In this document: in pieces, positions 54,254-64,000 of the stretch
Numbering within the stretch: the first letter of the stretch is position 1
Layout of the letters: the number at the start of each line of letters is the position of its first letter
Assembly (NCBI RefSeq): GCF_009914755.1
Contig: NC_060947.1
Source of the DNA: the human T2T-CHM13v2.0 reference genome, Homo sapiens
Direction: 5' to 3' (one strand)
DNA length: 64,000 nt
Notes under the pieces: generated by a model
Databases searched by the model: none
Told to the model about the DNA's origin: nothing
Seen by the model: the letters and a program-made list of their open reading frames with translations, nothing else
Position numbers and translations under genes: made by a program

Positions 54254-54609
54254 TATATTAATCTGTTTTCATGCTGCTGATAAAGAACCAAGACTGGGCA
54301 ATTTACAAAAGAAAAAGATTCAATGGACTTACAGTTCCACATGGCTGGGGAGGCCTCACAATCATGGCAGAAGGCAAGGAGGAGCAAATCACGTCTTACA
54401 TGGATGGCAGCAGGCAAAGAGAGAGAGAACTTGTGCAGAGAAACTCTCATTTTTTAAAGCCATTAGATCTTGTGAGACTTATTCACTATCACAAGAACAG
54501 CACAAGAAAGACTTGCCCCCATGATTCAATTACCTCCCACTGGGTCCATCCCGTAACACATGGGAATCCAAGATGAGATCTGGGTGGGGAACATAGCCAA
54601 ACTATATCA
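54254..54609 (-). mobile_element. THE1A/B-like solo LTR
   Basis: TATTAATCTGTTTTCATGCTGCTGATAAAG...TCTTACATGGATGGCAGCAGGCAAAG...CTATATCA; TSD CAGTA/TAGTA. Confidence 0.93.
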
Positions 54610-54787
54610 TAGTACATAATAAAAAATTGCTACAAATAGAAAAAAAGAGAAAATACTAATTTCAGAGAAAAGAGACGTGTTACCTTCAATGATGCAACAA
54701 ATAGAATCCTAATTGTCTTCCCAATAAAAACTATAGAAACCAGAACACAGTGAGATTGTATACAAGTTGCTTCAACTTACTGAAATA

Positions 54788-55895
<1,108 letters not shown>

Positions 55896-56083
55896 TGTTC
55901 CCTGGTTTTTATATGATGTCTACAGGGTTTAGCTGCACATACCAAGAGGGATAGGGAAAAAATTGTCTATTCTATCTTTTCTGAAACTGAAAGATCCTAA
56001 ACCTTTCTTTTAACTTCTAGAATTTATTTTTTCATTTTGCTCAGAAAATGAGACTTGTAGCATGTCTGTTTGTAGTATAGTGA

Positions 56084-56440
<357 letters not shown>

Positions 56441-58259
56441 CCATTACACATTTTTAATTATCATTTCCATTTGTTATGATATATTTTAGTGAGCTTTGCA
56501 GTTTGTCTTTTTATTTCTTGACTTTACATAATTTTTGTCATTTATCTCGATATTTCTGAAGACATTTTCTTTAATTACTTATTATTATAGAAATAATTCA
56601 CAAATGTATTTCTTGCTTAAACAATATAGACAATATGGAGATATGTACATCAAAATAGAAATGTCTACCTTCACAATACAACTAGAAATAAAAATATATG
56701 GAATTTCATGGAAGGGCTTTATGTTGTTTAAACTTGGATATATACTACTTGTTTTCCAGAGGTATAGGCTACCATCACCACTATACCTACCAGAAACACG
56801 TGGACTGGAGAAGTGCTTTCACCAAGATTGAGGTGTTAATAGACAAAAGTCCAGCTACTTGAACAACAGAGTATTTTTGTAAAATTGATTGCTTGAAGTA
56901 AAAATGCTGCAAGTGATTTTCACATTCCAAACTTACAGACTCTGTCAGTTCACCTTCCTCAAACGCTTTATCCATTTACATTTCTATCCAAAATATAAAG
57001 AGCATATTCTTCTCTATATCTTTGCAAACACCACACATGTTTAGTCTTTTAAAATTGTGTGAATCTATTGCATAAAATTGTCATGGCTTTGTTGCTTACC
57101 CTTTCATTTTTCTGACTACAAGTTATATTCAAGTAGGTTTGTGAAAGTTATGCATTTCTATTTCTGTAGTCTTTTATTTTTCCTATTTCTGTGTTTATAC
57201 TTACAATGATTATTTTATAGAGAATTTCTTCTTGAGGAAAATGCAAACCAGATGTTTTTTAAATTCAGTCCATTCACTTTAGAAAAGTGTTTTTAGATAT
57301 TTACTCTTCATCTAAATCTCTATAGAAAAATCTCTCTTTTCTATATATTTTGTTAATTTTTCCCTTACATTGCTCATCCTTGTATAAGGTAGGATTAATA
57401 CAGATACACAGATCTAAATTGTACTTTGCTTATAGAATCTTACTTCCAGGTCAAAACCTAGCCCTGAGTTTCCAATATTGAGTGGATTTGCAACTAAAGC
57501 TGTTCTGATAAATTATGATGGGCTTGTTTCTTCTTCCAGATAGTTAATTCACTAACTCTTTGAGAGATAGAATATATACAAATTAACATTTATTGGATGC
57601 ATTTTAATTAGAAATTTCTATATTTTCTCTTGTCTCCAAGGCTTGACTTATGGGAACTGTTTCTCCTAGGGTACAATGCATGATTATGAATACTTCTTCC
57701 TCTACTTGTTTTTTGTAGTTACACACGCACACAAAAGTTCACATGTATTCCTTTTTCTAATTAACCTACTTTCTGCCAGGAAGGTCATATTTTGGTGATG
57801 CTTTGCTAGACTTCTCTTGAATATTGTTATTCCTCCTACAATATGACTGCTATATTCTTAAAATAATGTGCTAAGGATATAATCAAGATATATGGCACCA
57901 TGTTTGTGTACCTTCCACATATAAATATATTCTCATATATACTCAATATAAATATATTCTTAGCACGTATCTATACAGACGCAAGTGTGGTCATTGTAGA
58001 AGAAATGAGAGACATAGGACCATGGAAGCATAATTCAGCCTCCTCACTATTGTCCTAAGTAATTCTTTGCAGTCTCCAAATTTTCGTAGTTCACTCGTCT
58101 AAACAAAAGCCCAGTAATCAAGTGAAATCAGTTTTCCCTAAAATCAATTTATGAACTGTCAACTTTTCCTTGCACTTACAGCTTGAAGAGGGTTTACTTT
58201 TTTTCAACCTCTATCCTAAATGTCCTATCAATAATATATTCAGCCTGATGGATGGCCAG

Positions 58260-58702
58260 TGTCAAAGAAAACTAAAGCTGGACAGTAGTTAATGTGGTAA
58301 AAACAGACTGTTTTCAGGCCTATAGCAATAGGAGAAAAGAGACCACAGTATAGAACTGGGCTCAATTCCAAATATAGCATGGGCAAGTGAGAATTTATAG
58401 CCAAGGAGCAGAGTAGAAGTTGATGGATGGAAAGTTACTAGGAGGAAACATCGGGAGTGGGACTGTATTCTGGCTAAAGGAATCTAACAGGATTCTTGTG
58501 AAGACAGTCCAGGGTGATCAGATACCTCCTGGGGAATGGTGCAAGAGGAGGGACCTAATCAGATATTGAGGATGAAGATTCTTGCTAAACTAACTTAGCA
58601 AGTTTCTTGCAAAATCTAGATTTTACAATGAAATGCACAGATAGGCCTAGGAGAAGGTTTAGAAGCCTGACTAAAGTTTGATCAAGCAAAGAATCTTTGT
58701 CA
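58260..58702 (-). mobile_element. MER31/MER67-like ERV1 solo LTR
   Basis: Minus-strand start TGACAAAGATTCTTTGCTTGATCAAACTTTAGTCAGGC; TG...CA termini. Confidence 0.8.
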
Positions 58703-59179
58703 TCCCATTAATTAAATATTCTCCATATTCTTACATTTTCAACAATATTTTAGTGATACTAAAGTGCTGTCATCACAGAAACCTACCCACAGGTATCTTT
58801 TTATTCCTTAGTAAACATCTGCATAACAGGCAATGAAAAATTGAGGTCTGCCAGGAGGATGACTTAGTACATACAATATTAGCAATCAGTTAGCCTAACC
58901 AATGATTTGCTAAAAAGCAATAGAAAATATATTTCCAAATAAAATTGTAGTGAAATTTTTATATGCAATGCAGATAACAAAAGAAGCCATTCCCTCTTAT
59001 AATTTGGGATGGGGGAAGGTCAGGCATTGGCTATGCCGACCTTACTTATTAACTTTTTTCTCCCTTCTTACTCAAGACCATTTAAATACTGTATTTCAAT
59101 TTAGGTAACTGTATTCAATTCAAAGTATTTTTTAACATTTTCATTTCATAATAGAATTTTAACTGTCCTCCCTATTGTC

Positions 59180-59415
59180 AGTTCCTCCCTTTTGCATCTA
59201 CCCTGTAAAGTCTCAGAGACTAAACTTCCCAAGGCACAGTTCTTGGCCCGTTTACCTAATCCTTCAGTGGCTCCATATCATCTATAAACTTGAATACAAA
59301 ATCCTCAATATCTCATTCAAGGCTTTCAAAAAGTAAATTTCCAAATTCTCAGTCAGGTTGACTCCCTTTGTTTGGTGAAAGTCTCCCTGTATTTCTCTTT
59401 GTCCATATTTTTGTT
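59180..59415 (+). mobile_element. L2 remnant
   Basis: CCTTCAGTGGCTCC...AAAATCCTCAA...CATTCAAGGCTTTCA L2-like motif. Confidence 0.55.
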
Positions 59416-59430
59416 CCTGCTATACCTTCT

Positions 59431-60293
59431 TTTTAATTATAATTTTATTTCAGATACAGAGGATACATGTTCATGTTTGTTACATGGGCATATTGTGTGA
59501 TGGTTTGGAGTACGTATACTGTCACCCAGGTAGTGAGCATACAACCCAATGGATAGTTTATCAACCCACACCCCCTCTCTCCCTCACTGCTCTAGTAGTT
59601 CTCAGTGTCTATTGTTCTCAAGTCTCTGCTCATATGTGTTCAATATTTAGCTTCCAGTTATAAGTGAAAGCATTCAGTATCTAGTTTTCTGTTTTTATAT
59701 TAATTCACTTAAGATTATGGTCTCCAGCTGTATCCATGTTGCTGCAAAGAACGACTTCTTCATTTGTTTTTATTTATATGAACAGACGTTTCTCAAAAAA
59801 AGGCATACAAATGGCAAAAAGAAAAGAAAAAGTGCTCAGTGTCACTAATAATCAGAAAATACAAAACAAAACCAAAATGAAATACCATCTCACACCATTT
59901 AGAATGACTATTATTAAAAAGTCAAAAAATAATAGATGCCGGCGAGGCTATGGAGAAAAGGGAACGATTATCCTCTGTTGGTGGGAGTATAAATTAATTC
60001 AACCATTTATTGTGTGATGCTGAGGTTTGGAGTATAGATTCTGTCACCCAGGTAGTGAGCAGACATCGTGGAAGACAGTGTGGCAATTTCTTAAAGAGCT
60101 AAAAACAGAACTACAATTCAACACAGCATCCTATTACCGGGTATATATCCAAATGAATGTCGTTCTATCAAAAAGACACATGCACTCACATATTCATTGC
60201 CATGCTATTCAAAACAGCAAGGACATTGAATCAACCTAGGTTCCCATCAATGGTAGACTAAAGAAAATGTGGTACATATACACCATGGGATAC
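59431..60293 (-). mobile_element. Inverted (twin-primed) L1PA17/L1PB4-like insertion
   Basis: 3' end on the minus strand (59431-59775) joined to an upstream ORF2 segment on the plus strand (59776-60293). Degenerate TSD CCTGCTATACCTTCT (59416-59430) / CCTGCTGTATATTTCT (60294-60309). Confidence 0.85.
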
Positions 60294-60449
60294 CCTGCTG
60301 TATATTTCTGATTGGGATGCAATTCTTACTGACCTACCTCATGATGTACTTTGAAGGCATACATTAAATGATATGGACTCTCTGAAATATTTCCTTTTTT
60401 CCCTAAATTTGGACATAGTGTCTTCTTCAAGTTCCCTCTAGTCGATGCC

Positions 60450-60980
60450 TACTGCTTTTCCTCTCCATGTTTCCTTCTCCTACTGAGAGAACTCCCACTT
60501 ATCATGAGAAGCCATTTTTCTCACTCTGATTCTACACAGCTTGACAATTGATTCCCAGACCTGATAAATCAGAGCATGATATAATCCTGATCATAGCAAT
60601 TATGTCTTATTTGGGTACATGAGTGAATTTATGTTAATAAGATTAAATTCGGGGACAAGGATTAGAAAAGATATTCAATCTTTCTGTTCAGGTTTCTGAG
60701 GGAATGAAATATTAGCCGGATCCTGCTAGCAGTCATGTTGTCACCCTGAGAAAGTAGAAAGTCTGAGATGTAAGCAAAGAGAACCAGCACAGAGGAAAGC
60801 AGATCCTGGGGCTAGAGAACATGAGAACAAGTAGTGATGATATAATCTGGGCTTTAGTCATTTCTAAAGTCAGCAGTATCTCTAAATGTTCAGGTTTGTA
60901 CATCATTAAGCTTTGCCTTTTGCTTAATCCATTTTGGTTGATTTTCTGTCAGTAGCAAATGATAGAGTATTCAATGACTT
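60450..60980 (+). mobile_element. Old MLT1 (J/K/L-like) LTR remnant
   Basis: GCAGTCATGTTGTCACC...CCAGCACAGAGGAAAGCAGA...TTTTGCTTAATCCATTTTGGTTGATTTTCTGTC. Confidence 0.6.
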
Positions 60981-61391
60981 TCTCATACGGCACTTTATTT
61001 GTGTTTGTTTCTTGGAATTGTAATTGAATTTGAATAAGCATTATGGCTAAATTTGCATGTATTTCCTCTTTCATCCCCTCATGTTTCTACCCTCCCATTT
61101 TAGCCTCCCACAACCTATGTAACTTCTTAAAGGACATTATTCATATTTTCCCTATCAATTATTTCAAACATCCTAAAACATTGTAGACAATTGATGCCTG
61201 ATTTTAAAAGAAATTGTAGCTAGTCCATGTGTCTCTTTGCATGTGAATACAGACTAAAATAGCAATGCTACTCCTCAGTAAAGTGGGTGTTTTTTTAGAA
61301 TAAAAGACATATTGAATCCATGAGGCCCATTTTCTGGTGATTTTCCCTGCAGAGAAGAAAAATCATTATTTTTGTGACCATGAAAATTCAT

Positions 61392-61745
61392 TATTTTTAA
61401 TTTTTTAGTCTTCAACTTTTAGGTTCAGGGGTTATATGTACAGGTTTGTTACATGGGCAAATTGCATGTTACTGAGGTTTGGTGTACGAATAATCCTGTC
61501 ACTCAGGTAATGAGCATAGTACCCAATAGGTATTTTGTCAGTCCTTGCCCCATTCCCACTATCTCCCAACTAGTAGTCCCCAATGTCTGTTGTGCCCTTC
61601 TATATGTCCATGTGTACTCTTCTTTAGCTCCCACTTATAAGTTAGAACGTGCAGTATTTGGTTTTCTGTTTCTGCGTTAATTTGCTTAGGATAATGGCCT
61701 CCAGCTGCATCCATGTTTCTGCAAGGGACATGATTTCTTTTTAGA
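61392..61745 (-). mobile_element. L1PA15/16-like 3' end
   Basis: CAACTTTTAGGTTCAGGGG..ATGTACAGGTTTGTTACATGGGCAAATTGCATGT...GGATAATGGCCTCCAGCTGCATCCATG. Confidence 0.9.
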
Positions 61746-64000
61746 GTTTTCAAGACTTTTCAGCACATTGACATCAAATAGATTCAACTTCAAAACTATA
61801 ACCTGGTAGAAAATTTCCCCTATCCTTTAGAAGTAATCCTAAACATTCACTTATGATGGATTAACAGTGGTGTGTGCTCCATACATATTGAAGGAAAACA
61901 AAATTAAAGTCAACTATCTCTTTGTGCTTCTGCCCTAGAGAATTATGGAGTTGATGTTTATTTCAAAATAATCATAGATTAAACAAGGAATTGAAGTATT
62001 TGGGTCAACAAAGAAATAAACCACTTTTCCTCCTGGAGGAAACAGGAAAACCATAAACATTTTCCTGTTAGATGTGTCATAAGAGAATTAATCATACTTT
62101 CTCTATTTCTATTTCTACTGTCTGAAACATCAAAAGCAATAAGGAAATGATTTAATACGATGGTTCTTCAAAAAAAATGAAATTCTTATTTTTTTAGTAA
62201 AAGTTGAATCTGGCCATGTTACTTCATTTGTGAAAACTTTGGAACATTGATAAACTAACAGTCTGTAGTTTATGGCAGTATAATGATACTACCAGCTATA
62301 ATTATTTTAAAATACAGACCTCTGGATGCCTGTGATCCTTGCTGTTAATAAATAGTGTAAATACTTCATATCTTTGTACATCTTGAGAAAAGAAGAATGT
62401 CATTTTTAATTCCTTTATTATGATATTTGGAGTAGATTCCATTCAAATATACTAAATACGACAATGGAATGAAAGCAAAACAAAATGGTCAGCAAAAGTA
62501 AGAATTGGCATTTTATTCCCTCTAGTCTTTGCTTTTTGTAAATTCCACATTTCACAAGGCATGTGATTTTTCTTTTAGTCAGCAGGGGACTATCAAGGAG
62601 TTAGCCAACCAGAAAGTGTCTATGAAAATAACAAGAGGGAATTATCTACCTTGTAGACCACAGGGAAGTAATGTTTTTAAAGCTAGGTCAAGAATTAGGC
62701 AAAGAAACCTTTACATTTACAATACAGTTGTAATAACTTTGAGCTTTATGATAGCTGTAATATTGCACTTATGCTACATCTGCTATTTTATTTTAAATTC
62801 CTGAGCCCTTACATGAAAACTCAAGCTAAAATCCTATAATGAAGAGCCGACTAGACATTCAAGTTATTTTCTTTATTTAAATTCATTGGGATAGTAACAT
62901 TAATATCCATTCTAAAGCTAGAATACATCAGTTGAAACTATTGCTTAATGTAAATCAATTGAAACTAATAGAAATAAAGTATCAACATGTTGCCGGTGTG
63001 TGGGGGGGATGCTTGTCATACAAGATTCCCCAATATTACGGATTGATACATTATTTAGAAAATTTGTTAAATTTTTTTTTTGAAATGATAGTTGAATGAA
63101 GAAGGGAGGAAAGAGCCATGTTATTCTTTGAAAATTAGCTCTGGGGAACTGGGGAAGTAAACTTATGAGGGTTTCAATTGGGAATCATTTATAGTACAGT
63201 ATATTACACCAACCAATAGCTTAATTAAAATATGTATCTAGGACAGTAACATTGATCCAAAGGACTTTCATATTTCATTTTCTGTAAAATAACCACACAA
63301 AGAATATTTGTTACCTAAGGCCAAGTTTCTAGAGTCTAAAACTACAGAAAAACTTGTAACAAACAATAATCGCTTGGTAAATTGATTTTAGTTTAGAGTA
63401 CTTCACAGGACAAGACAGGTATTACAGTTTCTGTACAGGAACCCTTGGCCTTAGAAATGAGCCTGCTTGGGGAGTATCTGAGTACTTTTATTTACCTAAT
63501 GTGGGATCTCTATATGTTAGAACTTTCTCAGCCAAACCCAGAAATTTTAATTGCCATTTGTTTTGAGAGCTTCTCATTTCATAGTAATGAAACTCATGTT
63601 TTCTATCAGTGAAAAAACAAAAGAACCATTTTAAAATTCAGCATTAAGGAATTCTGTAGGAGTTTATGATAGGAATGTAAAATATAATCACATTTTGTAA
63701 CTCTGGATAATGTGTGATATTTTATTCACATTCATATGTACTCCTACATACACATACATTGAACATAATTGTGTGTTAATATAGACTGTATATATAATGT
63801 GTAATATGTATTACATTCAGTATACTTATAAATTAAACTTGCGTGCCATAGACATAAGTATGATGAACCAGTATGTAAGCTAATAAGTTTCTTTTCATTG
63901 CTTTTTAATTTCCCTTTTAAAATTTCACATATACTTACTATTTAACGTATATCTGTGGGAGATTCCCTAATTTAGAGAAATGTTAGATAGCACCTAGAAA

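Overview
AT-rich, CpG-depleted anthropoid-primate (probably human) non-coding DNA with no recognisable gene, exon chain, RNA gene or CpG island. Over half of the window appears to be fossil transposable elements: L1 (old L1M/L1ME, L1MA, L1PB, L1PA13-17 types), L2, Alu (J and S types; no AluY recognised), MaLR elements (MLT1, MSTD, three solo THE1 LTRs and one complete two-LTR THE1 provirus), ERV1/ERVL LTRs (MER52, LTR27-like, LTR16 with HERV16-type internal sequence) and DNA transposon remnants (MER82, MER96-like). The supplied ORFs are best explained as decayed L1 ORF2/MaLR frames, Alu frames or chance frames in GC-rich LTRs. I found no evidence of a new biological system. The most interesting signals are mechanistic fossils: a probable L1 3' transduction between perfect 16-bp TSDs, a twin-priming L1 inversion carrying an extra templated self-copy, an Alu-L1 microhomology deletion junction, a multi-layer nested insertion stack, a 17-bp near-perfect hairpin and retained LTR promoter motifs. 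Subfamily names come from remembered consensus sequences and need RepeatMasker/Dfam confirmation.
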